A DNA stretch of 62,127 nucleotides from an uncultured Actinomycetes bacterium (GCA_903838475.1 CAILYP010000218.1:1-62127), one strand, 5' to 3'. Positions 1-11,889 are shown, counted from the first letter of the stretch. Numbers and translations are program-made. The notes: generated by a model from the letters alone, not told the origin.

Positions 1-1394
1 GCCAGCGCATCACCTGGGTTCTTATCGAAAGTTGAAACAAACTCTGGCTTAGGCCCGGTGAAAGGGTGATGAACAGCAGTCCAGCCCGAATTCGGATCCT
101 CGGCATCTACACGTTCAAACATGGGAGCATCAACAACCCAAAGGAATTTCCAAACACCCGGTTCAATCAGATCGCAGCGCTTGCCAACTTCTAAGCGCAC
201 TGCACCAAGTAGCGCTTGAGAGGTCGAAATCTCTCCAGCTGCAAAGAAAATAGCATCTCCTGGTTTGGCATGTACATGCTTCGCGATACCAGATGCTTCA
301 CTCTCGGAAAGATTTTTAGCAACTGGTCCAGCTAAAGTGCCATCTTCTTGAATCAGAATATAAGCCAGCCCCTTAGCCCCGCGAGCTTTAGCCCAATCTT
401 GCCAAGCGTCGAGCTCTCTACGTGCCGAACTAGCGCCACCCGGCATGACAACTGCGCCCACATATGGTGCTTGAAATACTCGAAATGATGTCTCTTTAAA
501 GAACTCGTGGCATTCGACAATCTCTAAATCAAATCGTAAATCAGGTTTATCCGAACCGTATCTTCGCATCGCATCGGCATACGTCATATGAGCGATAGGC
601 AGAGGGATTTGATAATTGGCGACCTTCTTAAATACCTGCGATAAAACATTCTCGGCAACTGCGAGAACGTCCGCTTGATCTACAAAGGACATCTCAATAT
701 CGAGTTGCGTGAATTCTGGTTGGCGATCTGCTCTTGAGTCTTCATCGCGGAAACAGCGGGCAATCTGGTAGTACCGCTCCATACCAGCCACCATCAAAAG
801 TTGTTTAAATAATTGCGGCGACTGAGGAAGTGCGTACCAAGATCCTGGCTGAAGACGTACTGGAACCAAAAAGTCGCGCGCACCTTCGGGGGTGGATCGA
901 GTGAGATACGGAGTTTCTATTTCTAAAAATTCCAAATCATCCATAACTGAACGGATTGCTGATGTAACCTTTGAGCGAAGGCGCAAATTTTTAGCTGGCC
1001 CCTCTCGGCGCAAATCTAGATATCTGTATTTAAGTCGAATCTCTTCTGAGACATTTACGGCTTCACCACTATCAACTTGAAAAGGTAGCGCAGCAGCTTC
1101 ACTCAATACTTCAAGCTTCTGGCAATCAATTTCTATCTCTCCAGTTGGGATATTTGCGTTTTCATTTCCGGCTGGCCTGGCAGTTATAACGCCGGTAATA
1201 AGTACACACCACTCAGCTCGCAGCGCTCCAGCTATTTCATCTTTAATGACAACCTGTACTGCACCTGTTGAATCTCTTAGATCGATGAAAGCAACCCCGC
1301 CGTGATCTCGGCGCCGAGCAACCCAACCAGCGAGTGTGACGGTTGACCCGACATCGCCTTTACGAAGGGACCCTGCATCATGCGTTCTTAACAT
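1..1394 (-). CDS. aspS: aspartate--tRNA ligase, 3' end runs off the left edge (about 464 N-terminal codons present)
   Basis: Absent from the ORF track because it is open-ended. Reverse translation from ATG 1394-1392 gives [41 protein letters not shown]..., and later [23 protein letters not shown] (class II AspRS motif 2 region). Confidence 0.9.
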   Translation of the reverse strand, partial: MLRTHDAGSLRKGDVGSTVTLAGWVARRRDHGGVAFIDLRDSTGAVQVVIKDEIAGALRAEWCVLITGVITARPAGNENANIPTGEIEIDCQKLEVLSEAAALPFQVDSGEAVNVSEEIRLKYRYLDLRREGPAKNLRLRSKVTSAIRSVMDDLEFLEIETPYLTRSTPEGARDFLVPVRLQPGSWYALPQSPQLFKQLLMVAGMERYYQIARCFRDEDSRADRQPEFTQLDIEMSFVDQADVLAVAENVLSQVFKKVANYQIPLPIAHMTYADAMRRYGSDKPDLRFDLEIVECHEFFKETSFRVFQAPYVGAVVMPGGASSARRELDAWQDWAKARGAKGLAYILIQEDGTLAGPVAKNLSESEASGIAKHVHAKPGDAIFFAAGEISTSQALLGAVRLEVGKRCDLIEPGVWKFLWVVDAPMFERVDAEDPNSGWTAVHHPFTGPKPEFVSTFDKNPGDAL

Positions 1395-1428
1395 CAATCA
1401 ATCTCCATTAATTAGCTCAATCTGCGAT

Positions 1429-2685
1429 TTAAAGGACGGTGCGAAGATCCTCCTGCAAGGCTTGAAGCCTAACGGAAGTCGATTCTCCTGTTTGCATATT
1501 TTTAATCTCGGCCAATCCGGAGGCCAATTCATCATCCCCTAATACCAAAGCGAATCTGGCACCTGACTTGTCGGCAGCTTTCATTCCACCCTTTAGGGCT
1601 CGATCGCCGTAGGCGATATCGACCGAGTGGCCAGCTAGCCGCAAGGACTGAGCAACTCGCACAGCTTCTGATTTAGCCTCACTGCCGATTGGAACAATAA
1701 ATAATTGCAAGGCCTTATCTTTTGGCAACTCTATATTTTCAGCTTCGCAGGCCAACAAAACGCGATCAACCCCCAAGCCAAATCCGATTCCAGACAAATC
1801 AGCTCCGCCTAGTTGGCTCATGAGACCGTCATAACGTCCACCACCACCGATACCAGATTGAGCTCCAAGCCCGTGATGTACGAATTCGAATGCCGTACCT
1901 GTGTAATAGTCCAGGCCCCGGACCATGCGCTTATTTATTGTGAAGCTAATGCCAAAAGTTGCAAGGGACTGCTGCACTCGAAGAAAGTGGCTCTCACTTT
2001 CCTGACTTAGGTAATCCAGAAGTACAGGGGCTTCATTCATCATTAAGCGAATCTCTTCACGTTTGTCATCAAAAAGTCGGAGCGGATTTAAAGCTGCGCG
2101 CTGCGTTGTAGCGTCATCTAATTCAAGAGTAGAAATAAATTGGCGCAAATCGACCAAATACCTCTCCCGCGTTTGGGCATCTCCTAATGAGGTAATTTCC
2201 AGGTGGTAATCACTAAGTCCCAACTTTTTGAAGGCATTATCTGCAACCGCAATTACTTCAGCATCAATCTCAGGATCTTGGAGTCCAATGGCCTCAATAC
2301 CAACTTGGTAAAATTGTCGATATCGCCCAGCCTGGGGTCTTTCGGCTCTAAAGAACGGACCTGAATACCAAACTTTTACCGGCAATTGCCCACGATCCAA
2401 ATTATGTTCAATGACAGATCGCATGACACCAGCAGTGCCCTCGGGGCGTAGCGTAATTGAGCGACCACCTCGATCTTCGAAGGTATACATCTCCTTCGAA
2501 ACTACATCAGTGGATTCACCGACACCCCTAGCAAATAGTTCGGTATCTTCAAAAACTGGAAGTTCAATGAGTTGGTAACCACTAACTTGGGCTGACTCAA
2601 TCAAGGTCTCACGGACGAATTCAAAGTGTGCAGATCTATCAGGAAAATATTCACTTACCCCTTTAGGGGCTTGATATCTACTCAT
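1429..2685 (-). CDS. hisS: histidine--tRNA ligase
   Basis: 418-aa ORF with class II HisRS signatures ([20 protein letters not shown]). Conserved position next to aspS. Confidence 0.93.
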   Translation of the reverse strand: MSRYQAPKGVSEYFPDRSAHFEFVRETLIESAQVSGYQLIELPVFEDTELFARGVGESTDVVSKEMYTFEDRGGRSITLRPEGTAGVMRSVIEHNLDRGQLPVKVWYSGPFFRAERPQAGRYRQFYQVGIEAIGLQDPEIDAEVIAVADNAFKKLGLSDYHLEITSLGDAQTRERYLVDLRQFISTLELDDATTQRAALNPLRLFDDKREEIRLMMNEAPVLLDYLSQESESHFLRVQQSLATFGISFTINKRMVRGLDYYTGTAFEFVHHGLGAQSGIGGGGRYDGLMSQLGGADLSGIGFGLGVDRVLLACEAENIELPKDKALQLFIVPIGSEAKSEAVRVAQSLRLAGHSVDIAYGDRALKGGMKAADKSGARFALVLGDDELASGLAEIKNMQTGESTSVRLQALQEDLRTVL

Positions 2686-3383
2686 CTATCCCCCACTTCC
2701 TTTAAATCCAAAAATGACGATTGAAGATACGGATTCTTTTTCCGCTCGCGGGCAATTGTAGTTTGGGAACCGTGCCCTGGGAGAACAATTAGCTCATCAT
2801 CAAGGGTCAATATTTGATTTCGCAAGGTAGCTTTCATTTCGCGGGCAGAACCCGTCGGTAGGTCGGTGCGGCCAATGGATCCTTCAAAAAGTACATCCCC
2901 TGCGATCAAGTATTCGCTATCCACTACGAAAATAGCGGAGCCCGCCGTGTGGCCTGGGGCATGGCGCACTTCCACCGACAACCCAGCCATCTTTACACTT
3001 TCGTTACCGCTAAATTCAACGACCTCTGCTGGTTCGGTGAATGACGAACTACCAAACTGTTTAATAATTTGTTCAGAAGGGCCGCCGGGCGTCAACGCTT
3101 TCATTGGATTTGAAATTAACGCCCGATCACGGGTGTGAATCATTGCCGGGATTCCATACCCATCGGCTACAGGTACAACAGAAAACATATGGTCCAGATG
3201 TCCATGAGTCAGAATTACTGCAACTGGCTTTAAATTAAATTTATTTGTTACTTCCCGAACCCGAGCCAGAATCGAAGGTGCGGTAATTCCAGGATCTACG
3301 ATGATGCACTCCGAGTTTCGGGCTGGAGCTACTACCCAGCAGTTAGTACCGAAATACTCGGCTACAACTGACTCAATAAGCAT
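2682..3383 (-). CDS. MBL-fold metallo-hydrolase (glyoxalase II-like)
   Basis: 233-aa ORF with the THGHLDH metal-binding motif and downstream HAPGHT and LPGHG. Its stop overlaps the hisS start by 4 nt. Confidence 0.85.
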   Translation of the reverse strand: MLIESVVAEYFGTNCWVVAPARNSECIIVDPGITAPSILARVREVTNKFNLKPVAVILTHGHLDHMFSVVPVADGYGIPAMIHTRDRALISNPMKALTPGGPSEQIIKQFGSSSFTEPAEVVEFSGNESVKMAGLSVEVRHAPGHTAGSAIFVVDSEYLIAGDVLFEGSIGRTDLPTGSAREMKATLRNQILTLDDELIVLPGHGSQTTIARERKKNPYLQSSFLDLKEVGDR

Positions 3384-3562
3384 GGCCTCATCATGCCAGT
3401 CCCGACTAAACCAGCCAGATTCCGCCGTCTAATTTGAGCGTGAACTTTCGCACTCCCCCGTAAACCTGTACCTTTGCCACTTACTTGTCCTTATATTCCA
3501 GATAACGGTAGCTCCCAAGAGCAGAAATCTTGGGCGTGACGCGCAACAGAAGGAGCACGACC

Positions 3563-4852
3563 ATGACAGAAGCATCATTCTCCCCCGCATCGGCGCTAGT
3601 CGGAGATCCATCTGCGTTTGGTCGAGTGGCAGAAGACGGAATCGTTTATGTTCGCACTCCTGAAGGTGAACGCGCTGTCGGTTCTTATCCTGGCAAAACT
3701 CCGGAAGAGGCGCTGGCATATTTTGTTCGTAAGTTTGAAGCAGTTGCTTCCGAAGTGGCTCTATTGGCTGCTCGAATTAAAAGCGGAGCACTTGTCCCTT
3801 CCGATGCACTCGAGGCAGTCGCCAAATTGCGCCTACAAGTTCAAGCTCTCAATGGAGTAGGCGATTTAGCAACTCTTGCCTCCGCGGTCGAGCAGATACC
3901 AGATTTGATTGAAGGACATCGCGCAGCATATGAGTCACGTAAAGAAGCAGAGAAGGTTGCAAAAGAGGCAAAACGCGCAGAGGCCCTTGTTATTAAGGAA
4001 AAGATTGTTACTGAAGCTGAATCGTTAACTCTTTCGGAGAGCTGGAAGGTAACCGGCGAGCGTCTTAAAGTACTTCTCGATGAATGGAAAGCAGCGCCTA
4101 GATTAGATAAAAATGCAGATGCTGCACTATGGAAGCGTTTTTCTGCTTCCCGAAATAAATTTGATAAGCGCCGCCGTACACATTTCTCTCAACTTGAGGC
4201 AACGTCGGCAGCAGTAGCTTCCAAGAAGCAAGAGATTGTGGCCGAAGCGGTAAAGCTTGCGACTTCAAAGGAATGGTTACCAACTGCAAAACGTTTCAAG
4301 GAGCTCATGGATGCATGGAAAGCTTCGGGTCGGGGTAAGCAAAGTGTTGATGCCAAGCTATGGGAGCAATTTAAAGCTGCACAGAACCAATTTTTTGCTT
4401 CTAAAAACGCTGATTTAGAGAAGCGTCAAGGAACAATGGCTGAGAATTTGAAAAAACGTGAAGAGTTAATTGTTGAGATTGAATCAATACTTCCAGTTAC
4501 TGATATTAATTCAGCACGCAAGAAGTATCGCGATCTCAGTGAAAAGTGGTTCAAGATCGGAATGACTGAGAGAGCTAAGCGTGCTGCGTTAGACGCTCGT
4601 TTTGAAAAAGTAGAAAGTGCAATTGAGTCACTAGCAGCTGAGCATTCCCGTCGTACCGATCCAACAGCCATTGCTCGCGCAAATAGTGTGGTTGAGGGAC
4701 TCGTGGATGCCATCGAGCAATATGAGGAGCAGGCTGCGAAAGCAGAGGCTGCCGGTAATACTGCTAAAGCCATAGTCGCACGTGAAGCTGCTGCAGCTCG
4801 TAAAGTTTGGCTTGAAGAAGCTCAAAAAGGACTTGCTGACTTCAATAAATAA
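3563..4852 (+). CDS. DUF349 domain-containing protein
   Basis: Repeated charged helical units with W..F/W..W motifs (ALWKRFSASRNKF, KLWEQFKAAQNQF, SEKWFKIG). Start placed at ATG 3563, behind AGGAG at 3551-3555, rather than the track start at 3530. Confidence 0.8.
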   Translation: MTEASFSPASALVGDPSAFGRVAEDGIVYVRTPEGERAVGSYPGKTPEEALAYFVRKFEAVASEVALLAARIKSGALVPSDALEAVAKLRLQVQALNGVGDLATLASAVEQIPDLIEGHRAAYESRKEAEKVAKEAKRAEALVIKEKIVTEAESLTLSESWKVTGERLKVLLDEWKAAPRLDKNADAALWKRFSASRNKFDKRRRTHFSQLEATSAAVASKKQEIVAEAVKLATSKEWLPTAKRFKELMDAWKASGRGKQSVDAKLWEQFKAAQNQFFASKNADLEKRQGTMAENLKKREELIVEIESILPVTDINSARKKYRDLSEKWFKIGMTERAKRAALDARFEKVESAIESLAAEHSRRTDPTAIARANSVVEGLVDAIEQYEEQAAKAEAAGNTAKAIVAREAAAARKVWLEEAQKGLADFNK

Positions 4853-7024
4853 CTAGTTATTAGTTATGCGATAAACATCGTAAACGCCTTGAATGCCTCG
4901 TACCGCACCAATCACTGAATCTAGGTGTGAGGCATCGGCCATTTCGAAGGTAAATCGTGAGATGGCAACGCGATCTTTAGAAGTAGATACTGCTGCATTT
5001 AAAATATTGACGTGTTGGTCAGATAAAGCTTGGGTAACATCTGAGAGCAAGCGATTTCGATCTAAAGCCTCTACTTGAATATTCACGAGAAAAACAGATT
5101 TAGCTGAAGCATTCCATTTCACATTAACAATACGATCGCCTTGGGTCTCAATGAGATCCACAATATTGATGCAATCTTCTCTATGTACCGAAACACCACT
5201 ACCTCGAGTGACAAAACCCGTGATCTCATCCCCAGGTACTGGCGTGCAGCATCGAGCTAATTTCACCATTACCTCCCCCACGCCTTCCACATCGACTCCC
5301 GAAGAAGAGCGTTTGGTGGACTCGCGGTGCGTTGGGGTAAAGAAGTGATCTACACTCGATTCAGCATGTACGGGCTCATCAGAGAATAGATGCCCTAGCT
5401 TCTCAGTTATGGAAGCAGATGAAACGTGACCGTTGCCAATTGCCGCATACATAGATTCGATATCCGGGTAATGCAAATCGTGTGCCAACTCTAAAATTGC
5501 TTGACCTGCAAAAATCTTTTGAAGTGGAAGTCCAGCTTTGCGCATCTGTCTTGCAAGTGATTCTCGGCCTGCATCAACTGCTTCTTCTTTGCGCTCCTTA
5601 GTGAAGTGGGATTTAATTTTTGACCGAGCGCGCGGGGAAACTACGAAATTTAACCAGTCGCGGCTGGGACCAGCGTTTGGGTTCTTATTCGTCACAACAT
5701 CAACAACATCACCATTAGCTAAATGGGATTCCAACGGAACTAACTTTCCATTTACTTTAGCTCCCACGCACCGGCTTCCAACTTCAGTGTGGACAGCGTA
5801 AGCGAAGTCAACTGGAGTTGATCCGGCTGGAAGCGCAATCACACTTCCTTTGGGGGTAAATACAAAGACTTCTGGTGTCTTTAAATCAAAGCGCAGTGCA
5901 TCCAAAAATTCATTTGCATCCTCAGTTTCTTGTTGCCATTCATGTAGCTGTTTCAGCCATAAAACATTTGGATCTTGCGGCTCATTCTCTGATTTCTTCT
6001 CTTTATATTTCCAGTGTGCAGCGATTCCGTATTCAGCCCGCGAGTGCATTTCGAATGTGCGAATTTGGATTTCAACTGCTTTACCCGTTGGACCAATCAC
6101 AGTTGTATGTAAGGATTGATAAAGGTTGAATTTCGGCATCGCAATGTAATCCTTGAACCGCCCAGGAACCGGACTCCAGCGTGCATGGATGGCTCCAAGC
6201 ACTGCATAGCAATCACGTACGTTTTCAACCAAAACTCGGATACCGACCAGATCATAAATTTCATTAAAGTCTCGGCCACGAACGACCATCTTTTGATAGA
6301 CGGAATAGAAATGTTTTTGGCGCCCAGTTACTTTTGCGCTAATCCCATCCTCGGATAAATCTCCAAGAATTGCATCGACAAATAAGGTCGTAAGTTTTTC
6401 TCTGGATGGGGACCGCTCGGCAACCAGCCGTTCAATCTCTTCAAACTTCTTAGGCTCAAGTGCCTTGAAAGAAAGATCTTCCAACTCCCACTTCATGGCA
6501 TTCATGCCAAGACGGTGTGCAAGGGGCGCGTAAATATCTAAAGTCTCACGAGCTTTGCGACTTGCTGATTCTGGGCTAACAAACTGCCAGGTACGTGCGT
6601 TATGCAATCGATCGGCGAGCTTAATAACTAAAACTCGGATGTCGCGAGACATGGCAACAACCATCTTGCGCAAAGTCTCAGCCTCGGCAGTTGGCCCATA
6701 CGTTAATTTATCTAGCTTCGTTACACCATCTACCAGCTGTGCTACTTCTTTTCCGAAATCAATTTGTAGTTGCTCTAAATGATATTGCGTATCTTCAACT
6801 GTGTCATGGAGAAGAGCTGCAACAATGGTTGCAAAATCCATTCCAAGCTCGGCCAATATTTCAGCCACCGCGACTGGATGCGTTATGTATTCCTCGCCAG
6901 ACTTACGAGTTTGCCCTAAATGAGCCTGCTTTGAAATTTCAAAGGCGCGTTCTAATTCAGATGTATCAAATCCAGCATGGTGATCGGACAGAATCTTTGC
7001 AAGCGGCTCTATTAGTGGATTCAT
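4853..7024 (-). CDS. relA: bifunctional (p)ppGpp synthetase/hydrolase (RelA/SpoT family)
   Basis: 723-aa ORF with an HD hydrolase motif (LLHDTVEDT), a synthetase core (GRFKDYIAMPKFNLYQSLHTTV), and TGS and ACT-like C-terminal regions. Confidence 0.95.
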   Translation of the reverse strand: MNPLIEPLAKILSDHHAGFDTSELERAFEISKQAHLGQTRKSGEEYITHPVAVAEILAELGMDFATIVAALLHDTVEDTQYHLEQLQIDFGKEVAQLVDGVTKLDKLTYGPTAEAETLRKMVVAMSRDIRVLVIKLADRLHNARTWQFVSPESASRKARETLDIYAPLAHRLGMNAMKWELEDLSFKALEPKKFEEIERLVAERSPSREKLTTLFVDAILGDLSEDGISAKVTGRQKHFYSVYQKMVVRGRDFNEIYDLVGIRVLVENVRDCYAVLGAIHARWSPVPGRFKDYIAMPKFNLYQSLHTTVIGPTGKAVEIQIRTFEMHSRAEYGIAAHWKYKEKKSENEPQDPNVLWLKQLHEWQQETEDANEFLDALRFDLKTPEVFVFTPKGSVIALPAGSTPVDFAYAVHTEVGSRCVGAKVNGKLVPLESHLANGDVVDVVTNKNPNAGPSRDWLNFVVSPRARSKIKSHFTKERKEEAVDAGRESLARQMRKAGLPLQKIFAGQAILELAHDLHYPDIESMYAAIGNGHVSSASITEKLGHLFSDEPVHAESSVDHFFTPTHRESTKRSSSGVDVEGVGEVMVKLARCCTPVPGDEITGFVTRGSGVSVHREDCINIVDLIETQGDRIVNVKWNASAKSVFLVNIQVEALDRNRLLSDVTQALSDQHVNILNAAVSTSKDRVAISRFTFEMADASHLDSVIGAVRGIQGVYDVYRITNN

Positions 7025-7058
7025 AGAGAGCCGCTCGTATTCACATCTGTAAGACTAA

Positions 7059-8141
7059 TTAGCGCTTCTTGGTTGACTTACGCTTAGGCTGATTACGAGG
7101 CCCACGTACACGGTCTTCCTTTGAGTGCGTCGATGTTACGACTCCGGGAACAGACTCGGTAGAAAACTTCTCGGCCGGAGCGCCACTACGAACTGCAACG
7201 CGCTTGCGAAGAGCAACCATCGCAGGCTCACGCTCGCGTAGTGTTGCAAGAATCGGTGTTGCAACGAAAATTGAGGAATACGTTCCTGTTGCAAGTCCAA
7301 TGAACAAAGCCAACGAAAGATCTTTGAGGGTTCCAGCCCCAAGCAGTCCAGCGCCAACAAAGAGAATTGAAGCTACTGGCAATAGTGCGATCAGAGAAGT
7401 ATTGAAAGAACGGACCAAAGTTTGGTTCACGGCTAAATTCGCAGCTTGAGAGTAAGTCTGCTTTGCAGTGGTCGTGATTGAACGGGTATTTTCTCGGACC
7501 TTGTCGAAGACGACAACAGTGTCATATAGCGAGTAACCCAGAATCGTTAAGAATCCAATAACAGTCGCCGGAGTTACGTCAAAGCCAACCAGTGCGTAGA
7601 TTCCAACGGTAATAAACAAATCGTGGATAACAGCGATGATTGCGGCGATTGCCATCTTCGGCTCAAATGCCAGAGCCAAGTAAAGCATCACAACGATAAT
7701 GAAACCGATCAGGCCATAAAGAGCCCGCTTGGTAATTTCCTTACCCCATGAAGGTCCAATACTCAACGTATCAATGTTTGTAGATTGCACGCTGTAGATT
7801 TTTGCAAGATTAGCTTTGAGAGTATCGCTCTGCAGGTTGGTAAGCGCGCCAGTTTGAACTCGCACTTTGTCATTACCAATTTTTTGAACAATAGCTTCAG
7901 ACGTTATGCCAGAGTCTTTAAGGGCTTGATTTGCTCCATCAATGGTTGAGTTTGGAGAAGTCACAGTGAATGCAGATCCACCTTTAAATTCGATTCCAAG
8001 CTTTAACCCTTGAATGCCAAGCGCTGCGGCAGACACGATAATGAGAACACCAGAGAATGCATAAAAGCGACGGCGTTTTCCTATGAAATCAATCGATTTT
8101 TCACCGCGATAAAGGCGACCGCCAATTCCTGAGAGAGCCAT
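7059..8141 (-). CDS. secF: protein translocase subunit SecF
   Basis: 360-aa multi-TM ORF typical of SecF (IDFIGKRRRFYAFSG..., GIEFKGG). Overlaps the secD stop by 1 nt (TAATG). Confidence 0.93.
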   Translation of the reverse strand: MALSGIGGRLYRGEKSIDFIGKRRRFYAFSGVLIIVSAAALGIQGLKLGIEFKGGSAFTVTSPNSTIDGANQALKDSGITSEAIVQKIGNDKVRVQTGALTNLQSDTLKANLAKIYSVQSTNIDTLSIGPSWGKEITKRALYGLIGFIIVVMLYLALAFEPKMAIAAIIAVIHDLFITVGIYALVGFDVTPATVIGFLTILGYSLYDTVVVFDKVRENTRSITTTAKQTYSQAANLAVNQTLVRSFNTSLIALLPVASILFVGAGLLGAGTLKDLSLALFIGLATGTYSSIFVATPILATLREREPAMVALRKRVAVRSGAPAEKFSTESVPGVVTSTHSKEDRVRGPRNQPKRKSTKKR

Positions 8142-9670
8142 TACGCAACATCCTTTCCTGTAACAATTCCTAAACTTTTAGCTGAGAAGCCAGAAAGGGA
8201 TCCGCCGCGAGCAAAGAATGGAAGTCGAACCAAAAGCGTGACAAGTGGCTTGGTAAAGAAGAAGACGACGAAGAGATCCACAAATGTCGTAAGCCCGAGG
8301 GTAAATGCGAAACCACGCACACCACCCACAGCAAAGAAGTAGAGCAGAATCGAGGCAATCAAGGAAACAAAGTCAGCTACAAGGACTGTATGTCGAGCGC
8401 GCTGCCATCCAGTTTCAACAGCAGTTCGAAGCGAGCGACCCTCACGTACTTCATCCCGTAGGCGCTCAAAATAAACAATAAATGAGTCAGCGGTAATACC
8501 AATCGACACAATTGCTCCAGCTATACCAGCCAACGTGAGCGTAAACCCAATATATTTTCCAAGCAAAATAAAGGAGAGGTAAGTGATCAATCCAGCAACG
8601 GCGAGTGATCCGACAGAAACCAAACCAAGACCTCTGTAATAACCAATCGAATACAACACAACAAGCAACAAGCCAAGTCCACCGGCAAGTAATCCTGCAC
8701 GTAACTGATCTGAGCCAAGTGTTGGTGAAATCTGCTGAACTTCTCCGCGATCAAAAGCGAGCGGCAGTGCGCCATATTTCAAAACGTTTGAAAGATCCGT
8801 CGCATCGGCTTGAGTGAAGTTACCCGTAATCTGAGCACTTCCACTATTGATTGCTTCGATGATGCGAGGCGAGGAAACTACAAGCCCATCCAGAACAATT
8901 GCTGCCTGGTTTGCAGGAGCAGCAAATCCAGTAATACGAGATGTCATTTTTCCAAATGCGGTTGTTCCATCGCCGTTGAAAGTTAGTGAAACCATCCAAC
9001 CAGCTCCGCCTTGTTGATCAAGGACAGCTGCTGCTTTACTTACTTGGCTTCCCAAAACTTCTGCTGGCGCCAAAATATACTTAGTTAAGCCATCGCGACT
9101 ACACGTTACAAGTGGATCAGTTGGCGCATCGACACTTCCGCCTTGGCGGTTCTTTGGGTCAGTGCAATCTAAAGCCGCAAACCTAGAATCAAGGGCCGCA
9201 GTTACGCCAGCAGGATACGTTGCGGGAGATTTTGCTGCTGCCGCAGTTGCTGTTGTCTTTGCGTTGCCGCCTCCTGACGCCAACGTCTGGCGAAAACGAA
9301 GCTCTGCAGTTTGACCAACAAGATTAACAATGCGATCTCCTGTATCACCAGGAACAGAAATTACAACTTGTCGGTTTGCTCCACTGCCTTGAGCAGAAAC
9401 TTCAGATTCTGCAACACCCAGTGAGTTAACGCGCTGGCGAATAATTGATACCGCTTGGTCAATTGCAGCAGATGTGACTTTGCCTCCTGCACTACCCCGT
9501 GGGGTTAGCGTGACACTCGTTCCACCGCGAAGATCAAGGCCGAGGCGAATTTTTGTCGCACTCGTTAGACCAGCGAAAACGGAAAAGGCTATGAGAACAA
9601 TGGCCAGAATTGCGATGGTACGAGCTGGGCGCGATTGTTTTTGGGTGGCTTTAGAAATATTCGCAGACAT
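8141..9670 (-). CDS. secD: protein translocase subunit SecD
   Basis: 509-aa ORF with LGLDLRGG, a periplasmic domain and a C-terminal 6-TM bundle. Lies directly upstream of secF. Confidence 0.93.
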   Translation of the reverse strand: MSANISKATQKQSRPARTIAILAIVLIAFSVFAGLTSATKIRLGLDLRGGTSVTLTPRGSAGGKVTSAAIDQAVSIIRQRVNSLGVAESEVSAQGSGANRQVVISVPGDTGDRIVNLVGQTAELRFRQTLASGGGNAKTTATAAAAKSPATYPAGVTAALDSRFAALDCTDPKNRQGGSVDAPTDPLVTCSRDGLTKYILAPAEVLGSQVSKAAAVLDQQGGAGWMVSLTFNGDGTTAFGKMTSRITGFAAPANQAAIVLDGLVVSSPRIIEAINSGSAQITGNFTQADATDLSNVLKYGALPLAFDRGEVQQISPTLGSDQLRAGLLAGGLGLLLVVLYSIGYYRGLGLVSVGSLAVAGLITYLSFILLGKYIGFTLTLAGIAGAIVSIGITADSFIVYFERLRDEVREGRSLRTAVETGWQRARHTVLVADFVSLIASILLYFFAVGGVRGFAFTLGLTTFVDLFVVFFFTKPLVTLLVRLPFFARGGSLSGFSAKSLGIVTGKDVA

Positions 9671-9681
9671 GAGGCAGGAGT

Positions 9682-10740
9682 CTAGGCGTCATTCGTCGGT
9701 GTGTCGAAAAGGCTGGCATAGGTGCCAGCCTTATCTGATGGTGGAGTTAGCCCCAGTTGCTGCCAACCAAGCTCTGTCGCCACTCTTCCGCGTGGAGTAC
9801 GTGCTAAAAATCCCATTCTGACGAGAAAAGGCTCGGCTAGAGATTCAATAGTTTCAGCCTCTTCACCAATGGCCATTGCGAGGGTCGTAAGGCCTACTGG
9901 GCCTCCTCCAAACCGACGTACGAGCACATCCAGCAGGGCTCTATCTAGGCGATCGAGTCCATTGTCATCAACTTCATACATGGCCAGCGCACTCTGAGCA
10001 TCGCTCATTCTTATATAACCATCACCACGGACCTGTGCAAAATCGCGCACTCTGCGCAGTAGTCGATTTGCAACTCTGGGAGTGCCACGTGATCTGGAGC
10101 CGATCTCATCGATTGCATCATCATCGATTGAAACCTCTAGCAGCTCGGCACTTCGACGCACGATTCGTGAGAGTGATGCATCGTCATAAAAATCTAGTTG
10201 GGCTGTGAACCCGAAACGATCGCGTAGTGGACTCGGTAGAAGTCCTGCTCGTGTTGTTGCTCCAACTAATGTGAAATGCGGTAGCTGCAGCGGGATTGCA
10301 GTCGCTCCGGCTCCCTTTCCAACTATGACATCAACACGAAAATCTTCCATGGCTAAATAAAGAAGCTCTTCCGCCGGTCGTGACATTCGATGTATTTCAT
10401 CAAGGAATAAAATTTCACCTTCTACCAGTGATGAAAGAATCGATGCCAAATCTCCAGCATGCGTAATCGCAGGACCACTTGTTATTCGAATCGGTGCGCC
10501 CATTTCTGCAGCGATGATCATTGCCAACGTAGTTTTACCTAGACCGGGTGGACCGGAAAGTAAAATGTGATCAGCTGGATGGCTACGTGATTTAGCAGCA
10601 TCCAGTAATAACTGAATTTGATCGGACACTCGTCCTTGACCCGTGAAGTCTGCTAATGACTTTGGACGCAGAGCTAACTCTTGCAACCTTTCAGCTTCAG
10701 CAGCGGCTGAACTTAAGAGCGATTCTTCGCGTTCACTCAC
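9682..10740 (-). CDS. ruvB: Holliday junction branch migration DNA helicase RuvB
   Basis: Walker [10 protein letters not shown] and Walker [12 protein letters not shown] start. GTGA overlap with the ruvA stop. Confidence 0.95.
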   Translation of the reverse strand: MSEREESLLSSAAAEAERLQELALRPKSLADFTGQGRVSDQIQLLLDAAKSRSHPADHILLSGPPGLGKTTLAMIIAAEMGAPIRITSGPAITHAGDLASILSSLVEGEILFLDEIHRMSRPAEELLYLAMEDFRVDVIVGKGAGATAIPLQLPHFTLVGATTRAGLLPSPLRDRFGFTAQLDFYDDASLSRIVRRSAELLEVSIDDDAIDEIGSRSRGTPRVANRLLRRVRDFAQVRGDGYIRMSDAQSALAMYEVDDNGLDRLDRALLDVLVRRFGGGPVGLTTLAMAIGEEAETIESLAEPFLVRMGFLARTPRGRVATELGWQQLGLTPPSDKAGTYASLFDTPTNDA

Positions 10741-11330
10741 TTGCGACCCCGAGATTGAAGTGCAAATTTCAAAAGTGATGCCACGGTTGCGCTATCTATT
10801 TCGCTCCCAAAATGAGCAGAAACCAAATCTAGTGCTTCATCAGTTTCTCGACTGTTAAAACCTAGTCCAAGTAACGCTTCGCTGACTTGTTCACGCCATC
10901 CAGATGCACGAGGTGTATTGCTGAGCGCCATGTTCTTAACTTTCTCCTTAAGTTCAAGAATTAGTCGCTGCGCACCTTTCTTCCCTAAGCCAGGAATTCG
11001 CTCAAGGACGGCAGGCTTCTCATTCACAATTGCAGAAAGAATTTCAGCTGCGTCATACACAGACAAGGCGGATTGAGCCACCTTTGGTCCTATGCCTGTC
11101 ACGGTTTGTAGAATTTCAAAAAGTTCGCGGTCTCCCGCACTTTCAAATCCAAATAATGTAAGTGAATCTTCGCGAACGATCAGTGCGGTATGTAGATGCG
11201 CAGTGGCTCCAACATTAAGAGAAGCAGATAGTCGGGGTGAGATCTGGACCAGCATCCCAACTCCACCAACATCAATAATCGCTGAATTCAGAGACGTTGC
11301 TTTTACAGTTCCCGTTAGCATCGCAATCAT
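10737..11330 (-). CDS. ruvA: Holliday junction DNA helicase subunit RuvA
   Basis: [28 protein letters not shown]... is a canonical RuvA N-terminus. Start trimmed from 11411 to ATG 11330, 8 nt after the ruvC stop. HhH motifs present ([16 protein letters not shown]). Confidence 0.9.
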   Translation of the reverse strand: MIAMLTGTVKATSLNSAIIDVGGVGMLVQISPRLSASLNVGATAHLHTALIVREDSLTLFGFESAGDRELFEILQTVTGIGPKVAQSALSVYDAAEILSAIVNEKPAVLERIPGLGKKGAQRLILELKEKVKNMALSNTPRASGWREQVSEALLGLGFNSRETDEALDLVSAHFGSEIDSATVASLLKFALQSRGRK

Positions 11331-11338
11331 GATTAAGT

Positions 11339-11860
11339 CTACTTTCGCGCTTTCGAGGTAGCTAGGGCAGCCGCTACTCGGGCATTTCCGGCACCGCGCC
11401 AATGATGGCAAATTGCTAGCGCCAAAGCGTCAGTGCTATCAACCGGCTTTGGAATCTCATCCAAGCCGAGTAATTTTTGAACCATCAGAGCAACTTGTTT
11501 CTTCTCTGCGCGGCCTGAACCTGTGACCGCAGCTTTAACTTCTGACGGTGTATGCATCATGACCGGAATACCTTTTCGCGCCGCAATTAAAAGTGCAACT
11601 CCAGCAGCTTGACCTGTCGCCATCGCAGTGCGCACATTGAGTTGTGAAAATACTCGCTCAACGGCCACTACATCAGGCTTATGCGCGTCGATCCAATCGA
11701 TGAGTTGAGATTCCAATTCCAATAGTCGTTGCTCAAGTGGTAAATCTGGCGATGTACGAATAACGCCAACGGCAACCATGGTCAGTTTTTGGGGACCAAA
11801 ACTTTCGACAACGCCCAAACCGCAGCGCGTTAGTCCAGGGTCAACTCCCAATACCTTCAT
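11339..11860 (-). CDS. ruvC: crossover junction endodeoxyribonuclease RuvC
   Basis: [19 protein letters not shown]... is an RNase H-fold RuvC N-terminus. 173 aa. Confidence 0.93.
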   Translation of the reverse strand: MKVLGVDPGLTRCGLGVVESFGPQKLTMVAVGVIRTSPDLPLEQRLLELESQLIDWIDAHKPDVVAVERVFSQLNVRTAMATGQAAGVALLIAARKGIPVMMHTPSEVKAAVTGSGRAEKKQVALMVQKLLGLDEIPKPVDSTDALALAICHHWRGAGNARVAAALATSKARK

Positions 11861-11889
11861 GCCGTAAGCCTATCGAGGGCTAAAGAGAA

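Noticed and set aside
3514-3534. Hairpin CCCAAGA-GCAGAAA-TCTTGGG in the DUF349 5' region
   Set aside because: It is a single 7-bp stem with no T-tract and no alternative pairing. It is too little evidence for a regulatory element, and the track's alternative start at 3530 falls inside it.
10737-11411. N-terminally extended track ORFs. The same issue applies to pdxT 13331, patA 17927, pgsA 18727, pabC 22411, TrpD-like 30903, ctaE 31181, ctaC 39302, lpd 50580 and plsC 60535.
   Set aside because: The extensions overlap the upstream gene or add non-conserved residues ahead of canonical family N-termini. Internal starts that create ATGA/GTGA coupling or follow an SD were preferred. Exact starts remain unverified.
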